DNA of 64,000 bases from a virus (lineage: Duplodnaviria; Caudoviricetes), in IMG/VR virus record IMGVR_UViG_3300021400_001310, positions 1 to 64,000 of that record; one strand, given 5' to 3'. The translations under genes and the position numbers were made by a program. A model generated the notes under the pieces. That model ran no database searches. It was not told where the DNA came from and saw only the letters and a program-made list of their open reading frames with translations. The stretch's first letter is position 1; each line of letters begins with the position of its first letter. Positions 1 to 9,171 of the stretch are shown in pieces.

Positions 1-69
1 CTGAGCGGTAGCCGTCGTCTGAGCGGTAGCCGTCGTCTGAGCGGTAGCCGTCGTCTGAGCGGTAGCCGT
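1..69 (+). repeat. 18-bp tandem repeat CTGAGCGGTAGCCGTCGT, 3 full copies plus 1 partial (may extend past the window edge)
   Basis: Read directly; units start at 1, 19, 37, 55; no spacers. Confidence 0.95.
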
Positions 70-82
70 TATATCCATAGAC

Positions 83-119
83 AAAAAAAATAGCACGGTC
101 GCCGTGCTACCGTGCTATT
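83..119 (-). terminator. Intrinsic terminator of the leftward gene
   Basis: AATAGCACGGT/ACCGTGCTATT stem followed on the minus strand by T8, just after the stop at 130. Confidence 0.75.
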
Positions 120-129
120 ATGTTATTCA

Positions 130-1014
130 TTATTTGAGATGTTTAATCAGTTCGTTGAAAGTATCGCCGTCGTTGTCTTTCAAGTATTTGAGAATTTTGG
201 TCGATATATTCAACCTATGACGTGATACCGTCGCCGTTGTCACGCTCAATCTTTCAGCGGTCGCCGTCGTTGTATATCCTTTCATAAACAACGATAACAA
301 ACGCCTTTCGGTCGCCGTAAATGGTATATCTTTCAGCTTATAAAAGAACGCTTTTAAACTTTCGCCGTTGCATATACCGCCGTCGTCGTCAATTTCAATA
401 TAATCGATTAAACTGTTTGGAATGGTACGATAGAAAGAAAGGCGGTCGCCGTCGTCGTCGATTATATAGTCGTCGATTGATATGGTATTATTATCAAATC
501 CAAAATCGTTTTTGTTTGCGCTTATCTCAGCTCTTACGGCTCTATATATGCGCTGAATAGGTGACGCGTCAACCGTCGTCAATAGGTCGCTTTCGTCGAC
601 TTTCGCCGAAAGGCTAAAAGTCTTTTTTTTGTGCTCCGTCGTTGTATAGACTTTTTCAGTCCAACCGTTTGCAAGGCGGTCGCCGTCATTGCAAACAGCG
701 TTACACTCAATCAGTATTTGCATATAAGCGGTATCAATAAGAGCGGTATAATCTGAAAGGCGGTCGCCGTCGTCAATAGATTTATTCCTTTCATTGTATA
801 ACCGTCTGATTTTTTCATTGCAACCGCTATTGTTTGATGTGCCTTTTTTACCTGCAGGGTCGTAAACAGTACGGAGAACGGAATTTACAACGATTTTAGA
901 GAGGCTTTCGGCACTCTCCAAAAAAAGAACGTTGTTTCGGTAGTTTGCGCCGTCGCTTATAACGACGCTTTCAAGGTTGTCTAATACACCTTTCATTGTT
1001 TGGTTTGCTTTCAT
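130..1014 (-). CDS. Protein with C-terminal LuxR/sigma-region-4-type HTH (putative transcription regulator or sigma-like factor)
   Basis: C-terminal FTATERRLLSLFMKGYTTTATAERLSVTTATVSRHRLNI; SD GAAAGGA favours ATG at 1014 over TTG at 1023. Confidence 0.65.
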   Translation of the reverse strand: MKANQTMKGVLDNLESVVISDGANYRNNVLFLESAESLSKIVVNSVLRTVYDPAGKKGTSNNSGCNEKIRRLYNERNKSIDDGDRLSDYTALIDTAYMQILIECNAVCNDGDRLANGWTEKVYTTTEHKKKTFSLSAKVDESDLLTTVDASPIQRIYRAVRAEISANKNDFGFDNNTISIDDYIIDDDGDRLSFYRTIPNSLIDYIEIDDDGGICNGESLKAFFYKLKDIPFTATERRLLSLFMKGYTTTATAERLSVTTATVSRHRLNISTKILKYLKDNDGDTFNELIKHLK

Positions 1015-1068
1015 TGCTTTCAAATCCTTTCAAATAAATATATAGTACGGCGGTCGCCGTCGTGAAAT

Positions 1069-1098
1069 ATAATATCATACTATGCTAGAAAAAGTCAA
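1069..1098 (-). promoter_or_regulatory. sigmaA-type promoter for the leftward gene
   Basis: TTGACT, 18-nt spacer ending in TGa, then TATTAT on the minus strand. Confidence 0.6.
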
Positions 1099-1521
1099 TA
1101 CTTTTTTTTAAAATATTTTTTTGCGTTTTTTAACACATTATAAGTAAATTATTATATATTATATATAGCTATAATATTATATATTCAACTTTAACTTTTA
1201 CCGCTTTGTCAAGTACGGCTGTTTTTTGGTATTTACCGTAAACTACAATTTATATTTATATCAAGTCGCTCCATCTCCCATGCCCAACTTCCATTCCAAA
1301 CTCATCCAACTCAAAGCCCTGAAACCGTTGGTATTACTTACTTTTTCAATGTTTAATTCTATTTTTAACTACCACATAAACCCGTAGATTTATTGCTAAA
1401 TTTTAAATTAGTTCTCATTGAAAATTCCTGCAAATTTACCTCAAAATCCATAAAATAAATATCTATTTTTAATATAGTAATATTACATTATATTGTTAAC
1501 AATTTGTTTACAGAAACCATA

Positions 1522-1550
1522 TTTACAAAAGATTTAATAAGTAGTATAAT
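1522..1550 (+). promoter_or_regulatory. sigmaA-type promoter for the tyrosine recombinase
   Basis: TTTACA-17 nt-TATAAT. Confidence 0.6.
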
Positions 1551-1600
1551 GTGTATAATGAATACAGAAAATAAAACCGTTTGAAAGGAATTTAACTAAT

Positions 1601-2389
1601 ATGTCAGATAATAATGTAATTAATATTAACACACTTAAATCCAATAGAAGAGCTGTAGAGGGTCTCATATCTCCTGCTTCAGAAAAAGTAAAAGAAGAAG
1701 TAGTTGTAAGTCATGCTGCTGAACCTATCAAAGATCCTGATGATATATTAAGAATCTCTGAGTATTTGATCCATAACAGTAGATATAGAGATAATATGCT
1801 CTTTATCTTAGGTATTAACTTTGGATTAAGAATAAGTGATTTACGTTTATTAAGATTCTCTAATCTTATAAATGATAACTTTACGTTTAAAGATAATTTT
1901 CCTGTATTTGAGATAAAGACCAGAAATACAAGAAAAAAGAAAAAAAACAGATATATTACAATTAACAATTCTGTTATGGATGCAATTACTCTGTATTTAC
2001 AGAATACTCCAAATGTTAAACTGAATGATTATCTGTTCCGTAGCCAATCCAATAATGGAAGTAGTAAGAATGAACCTATTACGCTTCAGGCTGTAGATCA
2101 AATGCTTAAAGGTATAGCTAAAGATTTAAAGCTTAATATAAAGATGAGTACGCATACACTTCGTAAAACTTTCTGTTATCATCAAATGTTAATGTCTAAT
2201 AATGATACGAGAAAGTTATATCTACTTCAGCAAATGTTAAATCATTCATCTTTAGCTCAAACTTTGGATTATATAGGTATTACTTCAGAAGAAATAGCTG
2301 AAGCTTATCTTAATCTTAATCTTGGATTAAGAAAAGACAATAGCTTAGTTGATAGTAAAATTATTGAATTGTCTGATTATGCTTCTTAA
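1601..2389 (+). CDS. Tyrosine recombinase (short, catalytic-domain type)
   Basis: GLRISD, HTLRK, LNHSS, LDYIG catalytic motifs. Confidence 0.9.
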   Translation: MSDNNVININTLKSNRRAVEGLISPASEKVKEEVVVSHAAEPIKDPDDILRISEYLIHNSRYRDNMLFILGINFGLRISDLRLLRFSNLINDNFTFKDNFPVFEIKTRNTRKKKKNRYITINNSVMDAITLYLQNTPNVKLNDYLFRSQSNNGSSKNEPITLQAVDQMLKGIAKDLKLNIKMSTHTLRKTFCYHQMLMSNNDTRKLYLLQQMLNHSSLAQTLDYIGITSEEIAEAYLNLNLGLRKDNSLVDSKIIELSDYAS

Positions 2390-2678
2390 TACAGTTTCTC
2401 ATTTGGATAATAAAATGTTTTCCGTAGGAAAATGCTCAACCTGTAATGTTGTGTATATCTAACTCCAACCCTCTTCCTTAAAAGGGGTTCATCTGAAACC
2501 CGTTGTGGCGCAGGGGATTTCGGGATATGTTTGAACCTATCTGAATATTTTTCTTCAGCGAATTCTCAAAATTCAGCATTTTAAATCTTATTTAGAACAA
2601 TATTAACGTTTTATTATCCAATAAAGAATATTTACTGTTTTAATTATAAATAGTCTCAATATAAAAGGGGGTGAACTA

Positions 2679-2864
2679 TTGGTAAAGAAGATTACTTGTG
2701 AGAACTGCGCATACTATTCATTATGCGGTTGCGATGAGATCTGCGACGGCTTTGAAGGTATTATAGATGAATATGATGATATATACACAGATATGGTAAT
2801 TGAGGATAACCGAAATAAATATTATAACGACTTCTTTAATTACATAGAAAACTTCGATGACTGA
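2679..2864 (+). CDS. Small Cys-rich, acidic hypothetical protein
   Basis: SD AAGGGGGTG, TTG start, CxxC..C..C. Confidence 0.6.
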   Translation: MVKKITCENCAYYSLCGCDEICDGFEGIIDEYDDIYTDMVIEDNRNKYYNDFFNYIENFDD

Positions 2865-2906
2865 TATCGAAACTCAAATACAACACATTGATAAGGGGGT
2901 ATATAA

Positions 2907-5639
2907 CTGTCTAAACAGTTAGTATGTCAGAAATACATATTTAAAATCAACAGCAGCAGATTAAGGAAATCAAAATGGAATCTCACTCTGCCGTTACCTG
3001 AAGCAAGGCGTAATGACGAGATCATAGCTCTCGCCGACAGCCAGATACTCAGATGGATAGACGAGATAAACAATATAGAAGATGCGGACGTTAGAGCTAA
3101 ACAATTAAAACAAGAAATCAAGTATATTAAAAAGCTGCCAAACTCCGCAGAGAATCGTAAGCGAATAAAGAGGCTATATGAGGATTTGGATAATATTCAA
3201 TTCAAGCCTGATTATATGTGTCTTATTATTGACAAAGAAAAAGATTATTACCGAGCCTGTAAAGGCTTTTCAATAAACGGAATTAAATATAAGCGACTGC
3301 TTGGAACTGTAAACGGCGTTAAGAATAGTACAATAGTCTTTGTCAGTGAATCAATAAAAGACGAGCTTGTCCGAAGAATAGAAAATGGTCGCAATCCCGA
3401 CGTGCCGCTTGTCACAGCAAAATTGGAAGCTTACAAGGCTCTGACCTGCAGTGCATCAACTCCGGTATCGTTTCCTTCCGGGGTTTTAGTGGTTAAAGAT
3501 TACGAGACTGAATTTAATTCAGATATAATTTATCTTTCAGATGAAAACTCCGAGGAGCCTGTTATGGAATTTAGGAAAGATGAACATATAACGATTGATG
3601 CCTGTGACGGTTTCGGTTTAATATCTCCAAGTCTTGCAGAAAGATGGAGCAAAGAACTTGGATTAGATTATACCGTAAGCGGCTGCAACACGAGGTTTGC
3701 ATTTGAAAAAGGTATGGTGTTTACTTTTGACTTCGTTGATTTCGCCGAAAAGAAAGCCGAAACATATATAGTAAAAGATGCTTGGGGAAACGATGTAGAT
3801 ATCCGTGATGTCGAACTTATACTGACAACTTCAATGGTTAAGTTATGGGATAGCTATTGTAGCTGCGAGGATTATATAAATATATCCAAAGCAAATCATT
3901 ATACATTTGGAGTGGCAAAAACCTGTCCTAAAGAATTAGAAAATGAGAGAAGTCTCAATTATCAGTTTATTCAATCTTATGATTTACAGGATAGTGATAT
4001 CGAGGATTTAATCTCTCCGACTATTCGGGAATTTAAAGATGTTTTAAGTGGCGACTGGCGTAAGGCTGTATTATTCTTAAAGGGTTCATCTTTAAATAAG
4101 CAGAATGTAAAGAAGTTAAGCAATGACTATATTAAGGCAATAATGATTGAACCTGCATTATTAGACGATCCTTTTATTCAAGATAATATATATCAGCTAA
4201 TAAAAAATAAGATTAACGAAGCGAAGGTGGGGGTAATTAAAGTTCACGGAAATTATTCCATCGTTTCTGGGGATCCTTATGCTTTATGTCAGAATATATT
4301 TGGATTAAAGGTGACAGGGTTATTAAAAGCCGGAGAGATATATAACCAATATTGGGCTGACGCAGGGGCTGACAAGCTCGCCTGCTTTCGTGCACCGATG
4401 ACTTGCCATAACAATATAAGGTTCGTTCAATCTGTTTTAAACGATAATACAAAATACTGGTATCAATATATGAATACCTGCACGATTTTCAATGTATGGG
4501 ATACTGCCACCGCAGCACTCAACGGCTGCGATTATGACGGTGATCTGGTTATGTTAACCGATAATGCAGTATTAGTAAATAAACTAACTCCCCTGCCAGC
4601 TCTTATGTGTGCGCAGCGCAGAGCGGAGAAAAGAATATCAACCGAAGATGATTTTATAAAATCCAATATTGAAAGCTTTGGTAATGATATAGGACAGACT
4701 ACAAATTGGATAACAAGTATGTACGAAGTCAGAGCAAAGTTTTCACAGGACAGCGAAGAATATAAGATTTTAACATATAGGATACAATGCGGGCAGTTGT
4801 ATCAACAAAATGCCATAGATAAAGCTAAAGGAATTGTTTGTAATCCTATGCCAAAAGAATGGCATGATAGGCATTCAGTAAATTGTATTCATGACGAATC
4901 AAAGAAAAAGTTATATCGCTCAATAGTAGCTGACAAGAAACCATATTTTATGAGGTATATCTACCCTGCCTTAATGAAACAATATAATTCATTTATAAGA
5001 GACACATATAGAAAATCACTTAGTGAGTTTAAGAAAACTGTTTCAGAGATGATGATTATGCCGTATGATCAATTATCCGAAAGGCAAAAAGATTTTCTTA
5101 GATATTATTCTTATAAGATGCCTGTCGGAATTGAAGATTGTGTAATGAATAAGATATGTAAGAGATTTGAAAATGAATTTGACGGGTACGTTGTTAAAAA
5201 TAAAGAAATAACAGATTTTGATTATACGATATTAAAAACAGAGGCTGCATATAATCAATATCAGTTTAGAGCAATTAAAACACTTTATGAAAAATATAAC
5301 AACCAATTAAAAAGTTATACTGTTCTCTCAAAATACGAAAAGACAGACAAAGCAACTAATTCTACCAACATACATCTCATCGACGAAGAATTTAAAAAAG
5401 AATGTAGCAAGATATGTCCAAATGAAGAAGTATTATGTAATATCTTATTGGATTTGTGTTATACAAAAGTCGGAACAAAGAGATTTGTTTGGAATATCTG
5501 TGGTGAAACAATTATAAATAATTTATTAGTTAAAAATAACAATCGTATATTTTTCCCTGCTTTAGATACAAACGGTGATATCTATTATGGCGGAAATAAA
5601 TATTCAATTCAAGAAGGTGAGGTTGATATATGTCAATAG
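2907..5639 (+). CDS. YonO-like single-subunit RNA polymerase (RdRP-related), 910 aa from a CTG start
   Basis: Catalytic LNGCDYDGD, plus DACDGFGLIS and FRAP motifs; frame is open 93 codons upstream of 3186 to CTG 2907, preceded by an in-frame TAA and SD AAGGGGGT. Confidence 0.85.
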   Translation: MSKQLVCQKYIFKINSSRLRKSKWNLTLPLPEARRNDEIIALADSQILRWIDEINNIEDADVRAKQLKQEIKYIKKLPNSAENRKRIKRLYEDLDNIQFKPDYMCLIIDKEKDYYRACKGFSINGIKYKRLLGTVNGVKNSTIVFVSESIKDELVRRIENGRNPDVPLVTAKLEAYKALTCSASTPVSFPSGVLVVKDYETEFNSDIIYLSDENSEEPVMEFRKDEHITIDACDGFGLISPSLAERWSKELGLDYTVSGCNTRFAFEKGMVFTFDFVDFAEKKAETYIVKDAWGNDVDIRDVELILTTSMVKLWDSYCSCEDYINISKANHYTFGVAKTCPKELENERSLNYQFIQSYDLQDSDIEDLISPTIREFKDVLSGDWRKAVLFLKGSSLNKQNVKKLSNDYIKAIMIEPALLDDPFIQDNIYQLIKNKINEAKVGVIKVHGNYSIVSGDPYALCQNIFGLKVTGLLKAGEIYNQYWADAGADKLACFRAPMTCHNNIRFVQSVLNDNTKYWYQYMNTCTIFNVWDTATAALNGCDYDGDLVMLTDNAVLVNKLTPLPALMCAQRRAEKRISTEDDFIKSNIESFGNDIGQTTNWITSMYEVRAKFSQDSEEYKILTYRIQCGQLYQQNAIDKAKGIVCNPMPKEWHDRHSVNCIHDESKKKLYRSIVADKKPYFMRYIYPALMKQYNSFIRDTYRKSLSEFKKTVSEMMIMPYDQLSERQKDFLRYYSYKMPVGIEDCVMNKICKRFENEFDGYVVKNKEITDFDYTILKTEAAYNQYQFRAIKTLYEKYNNQLKSYTVLSKYEKTDKATNSTNIHLIDEEFKKECSKICPNEEVLCNILLDLCYTKVGTKRFVWNICGETIINNLLVKNNNRIFFPALDTNGDIYYGGNKYSIQEGEVDICQ

Positions 5640-6391
5640 TATTAGACGAATATACATGGGCACAGGATGCGATCAGTAAAAAAGAATTAGGAAAGAAACC
5701 GATTGAGACTCTTAGCAGAGTAGCGAAATATTATACATATAAAGGATATAATAAAAACGAAGTAGGAAGACAATTAGAGAATTTTATTTTACAGTGTGAT
5801 CCAGAAACATCTATTTTAAAATGGGCAGACAAGATTGATGCTATAGTAAAATATAATACAAAAAAAGAACTTATTTTAATTGACTATATATCTATTACTG
5901 AATCGGAATTAGATGTAATTATTAGTCTTAAAAGTAAAATGGAACAAAGACTTGCATTTGTGTTATTATGCTTAGCTAAATATAATATGATAATAAATCC
6001 CGAAAGTGATTATTGGGTTAACTATAAGATAAGTGATATAATGGCTATGGCAAATATAAATACATCTGTCAAGCATCAATGCGAGTTATATTATAACCTT
6101 AGAGAACAAGGATTGATAAAGTATTCTAAGAAGGTAGATAGTCTTGCAGTGCACATCTTATTTACAGATGATGATAGTATCGAAGTATTAAAGATTTCTG
6201 ACTTCCGTAATTTAGGATATCAATATTTACAATATCGAGGCTTTCCGGGAATTATTAACTGCGAAGTATGCGGTATTACAATGAAAACAAATCCTCTAAA
6301 AAAAGGCAGAAAGATAAAATATTGTCCAGAATGTGCATTAAAGATGAAAATCAAGAAGACAAAAGAAAACTATTTTAAGCACATTTCTTGA
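5630..6391 (+). CDS. Hypothetical protein with wHTH-like segment and C-terminal Zn ribbon, overlapping the RNAP gene end
   Basis: CEVC...YCPEC; ISDIMAMANI..LYYNLREQGLIKY; 10-nt overlap with RNAP. Confidence 0.6.
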   Translation: MSIVLDEYTWAQDAISKKELGKKPIETLSRVAKYYTYKGYNKNEVGRQLENFILQCDPETSILKWADKIDAIVKYNTKKELILIDYISITESELDVIISLKSKMEQRLAFVLLCLAKYNMIINPESDYWVNYKISDIMAMANINTSVKHQCELYYNLREQGLIKYSKKVDSLAVHILFTDDDSIEVLKISDFRNLGYQYLQYRGFPGIINCEVCGITMKTNPLKKGRKIKYCPECALKMKIKKTKENYFKHIS

Positions 6392-6452
6392 TTTATAAAT
6401 ACATAATACATATTAAAATATCATCAAGTTTCGCATCTTTGAAATAATTACC

Positions 6453-6491
6453 CCCCAAATCCGTTGTGCGACAACGGATTTGGGGATTTTT
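6453..6491 (+). terminator. Perfect 15-bp hairpin, likely terminator of the RNAP operon
   Basis: CCCCAAATCCGTTGT-GCG-ACAACGGATTTGGGG followed by ATTTTT. Confidence 0.65.
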
Positions 6492-6570
6492 ATGTGGTGC
6501 AATATATGGAAGGGGATTTAACGTTTTATCTCTTTCTAAAATAAATAAAGAAAAGGATGATTTTTAATTA

Positions 6571-6813
6571 ATGATTGCTATCAATAAAAACGAAGCATCA
6601 CTATTAAGGGAATACTTCCCACATGTACATGTAACCAGAACAATGAAACAAAAGTCTGGAAGACATCACTATTATTGTGAAGAAAACAAACGAGCAATGG
6701 CGTTTTTGCAGAATGTAAAAAGCGGACACTCCCCTGCTGTTGCCATGACAATGATTTCAAAAAAGAATGTCCAAAGAAAAAATGTATTAAGTAAGATTGA
6801 TAGGGAGGGATAA
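6571..6813 (+). CDS. Hypothetical basic protein
   Basis: ORF with SD AAAGGA. Confidence 0.7.
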   Translation: MIAINKNEASLLREYFPHVHVTRTMKQKSGRHHYYCEENKRAMAFLQNVKSGHSPAVAMTMISKKNVQRKNVLSKIDREG

Positions 6814-6815
6814 AT

Positions 6816-8045
6816 ATAGATAATAATCCTCTATCAAAAAGACCAGAAGAAACAGAGTTTGAATATCATAAAAGATTAGTTAACGGAAAACTTGTTGATA
6901 AAACATTGTCAGATTACGACTATACAGAACTATCTCCTTATGTATACGGTAAAAAATATTCATGCGATGTAGCAAGAAGAATGATGTACGGTAGCAGACA
7001 AACATTAGAATTAATAGATTCAGAAAGACTTTCTGATTCACATAGCGGAACATTAGCCGAAGATATTGATGCCAAACTATTTGAACTCCGTAAAGAACGT
7101 CAAAAGTTTTTCGATCAACGAAGGGAATATAACAAATTAGCAATTCTTGAGGGTCGACAAGAACATCTATATGAATCATTAAAAGAGTCAGCTCAAAATT
7201 TAAACGATACCGTTGGTGAATTATTTAACGGAAATGAACTTCCACTTTATTCGTGTACCGATAGTGAAGCAGTTCTATTTTTTGCCGACTGGCATTATGG
7301 ATTAAAAACTGAGAATGTATTTAATAAGTACAATAAAGAGATTTGCAAAGAAAGAGTTATTAATGTCGTTAGTTCTGTTGCGGATAAATTATTACTACAT
7401 CGATGCAGTAGATTACATATCGTTGTTCTTGGGGATCTTTACCACGGCGCACTGCACACAAGCGCTAGGGTAGCATCCGAAGAACTTGTTTGCGATCAAA
7501 TAATGCAAGTTTCTGAAATTCTTTCCCAAGCAATCGGAGTTCTTAGTAAGTACGCAGAAGAAGTTGTTGTTTATATGACGTATGGTAATCACGGACGGAC
7601 AGTTCAAAATAAAAAAGATAGTATACATAGAGATAATATAGAACGATTAATTCCTTGGTGGTTGACCGAAAGAATTTCAAATATGGGTCTTAATAATGTT
7701 AAAGTAGCAGAAGAGGAACAAACGGAGTTCTTATTCGTGAATGCCGCAGGTCATAACATCTGTGCAAGCCACGGCGATTTAGACTCAGTTAAAACATCGC
7801 CGAGATTGCTCTCAACGCTATTTCAAAAGAAACTTAAAAAAGATATTGAGTACATTGTTTTAGCAGATAAACACCACAGAGAAAGTTTCGAAGAACTTGG
7901 AGTAGTTTCGTTAATTTGTGGCGCATTGTGCGGCAGCGATGATTATGCAAACGATAAAAGATTGTATGCTACTCCCTCTCAATTACTATTGATAGTGAAT
8001 AAAGAAGACGGTGTAGATGCTGAATATAGAATAAAATGCAATTAA
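6816..8045 (+). CDS. Calcineurin-like metallophosphoesterase (ATA start inferred)
   Basis: DWHYG, GDLYHG, GNHGR, HGD, DKHH motifs; SD GGGAGG 7 nt before in-frame ATA 6816. Confidence 0.85.
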   Translation: MDNNPLSKRPEETEFEYHKRLVNGKLVDKTLSDYDYTELSPYVYGKKYSCDVARRMMYGSRQTLELIDSERLSDSHSGTLAEDIDAKLFELRKERQKFFDQRREYNKLAILEGRQEHLYESLKESAQNLNDTVGELFNGNELPLYSCTDSEAVLFFADWHYGLKTENVFNKYNKEICKERVINVVSSVADKLLLHRCSRLHIVVLGDLYHGALHTSARVASEELVCDQIMQVSEILSQAIGVLSKYAEEVVVYMTYGNHGRTVQNKKDSIHRDNIERLIPWWLTERISNMGLNNVKVAEEEQTEFLFVNAAGHNICASHGDLDSVKTSPRLLSTLFQKKLKKDIEYIVLADKHHRESFEELGVVSLICGALCGSDDYANDKRLYATPSQLLLIVNKEDGVDAEYRIKCN

Positions 8046-8080
8046 AATATAATACGATTAACATCCATAAACTAAACCTG

Positions 8081-8109
8081 AGAGAGTCGGAAGTATCTGA
8101 CTCTCTTTT
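8081..8109 (+). terminator. Intrinsic terminator
   Basis: AGAGAGTCGGA/TCTGACTCTCT stem plus T-run. Confidence 0.6.
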
Positions 8110-8134
8110 AAATTATTTATAGGAGGGATTTGCG

Positions 8135-9160
8135 ATGGGACGAAAAACGCAAATGAATAATATTACTAATCCTGAGTTGCTTTCGCAGGTCAATCCTGAG
8201 AATATTCAACTTTTAAACGATTTTGTTGATTATCTTCGTTCTATTCAAAGAAGCGAAGAAACCATAAAAGGATATATAAATGATATACAAATTGCTTGGG
8301 TTTGGAATCTATTACAGAATGATAACAGATTCTATTGTGATTGGACTAAAAGACAAATTATTAAATATCAGAACTGGTTAATCAATGACAATCAAAATAG
8401 TCCTGCAAGAATAAAGCGGCTCAAGTCTGCTCTGTCAAGTTTAGGAAATTTTATCGAATCTGTATTGGACGATGAGTTTCCAAATTTTCGCAATATAATA
8501 AATAAAATTGAAAGTCCTGTTAATCAACCGGTAAGAAATAAAACCGTTTTATCAGACGAACAGATAGTGTCGCTTTTAAACTATCTTACCGAAAAAGGAA
8601 AATATGATAAAGCCTGCGTTCTTGCTTTAGCTTTATATTCAGGAAGGCGTAAGTCTGAACTTTTAAGATTTAAAGTCGACGACTTCACAGATGAACATCT
8701 GGTTTGCAACGGTGCATTATATAAATCTAATCCAATAAAGACAAAAGGACGTGGCGTTAACGGAAAACAGTTAGAATGTTTCTGCTTAGCCAAAAAGTTT
8801 AAACCATATTTAGATTTATGGTTAGCTTATAGGGAAAAAGAAGGTATAAGGAGTGACTGGTTGTTCCCTAAAAAATCAAATTCAAATGAAACATTATGTG
8901 TATCAACTTTAAATAGTTGGGCAAAAACATTCAGTGAAATCTTAGGAATTGATTTTTACTGGCACGCAGTTAGGCATTTAACTGTTACAAATTTTAAAAG
9001 AGCAGGAATACCAGATACGGTAATACAAAAATATATCGGATGGGAAGACATATCCATGGTGCCAGTCTATGTTGATTTAAAAGCAGACGAACAGCTTGGT
9101 ATGTATTTTAATGAAGATGGCATAATTACTCCATCAACCACATCTTTATCCGATTTGTAA
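8135..9160 (+). CDS. XerC/D-like tyrosine recombinase
   Basis: Core-binding N-domain (RSEETIKGY), GRRKSE, HAVRH, IGW, PVY. Confidence 0.9.
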   Translation: MGRKTQMNNITNPELLSQVNPENIQLLNDFVDYLRSIQRSEETIKGYINDIQIAWVWNLLQNDNRFYCDWTKRQIIKYQNWLINDNQNSPARIKRLKSALSSLGNFIESVLDDEFPNFRNIINKIESPVNQPVRNKTVLSDEQIVSLLNYLTEKGKYDKACVLALALYSGRRKSELLRFKVDDFTDEHLVCNGALYKSNPIKTKGRGVNGKQLECFCLAKKFKPYLDLWLAYREKEGIRSDWLFPKKSNSNETLCVSTLNSWAKTFSEILGIDFYWHAVRHLTVTNFKRAGIPDTVIQKYIGWEDISMVPVYVDLKADEQLGMYFNEDGIITPSTTSLSDL

Positions 9161-9171
9161 TAGGAGGAAAA

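Noticed and set aside
1-69. CRISPR array
   Set aside because: Units are head-to-tail identical with no spacers, and there is no cas operon
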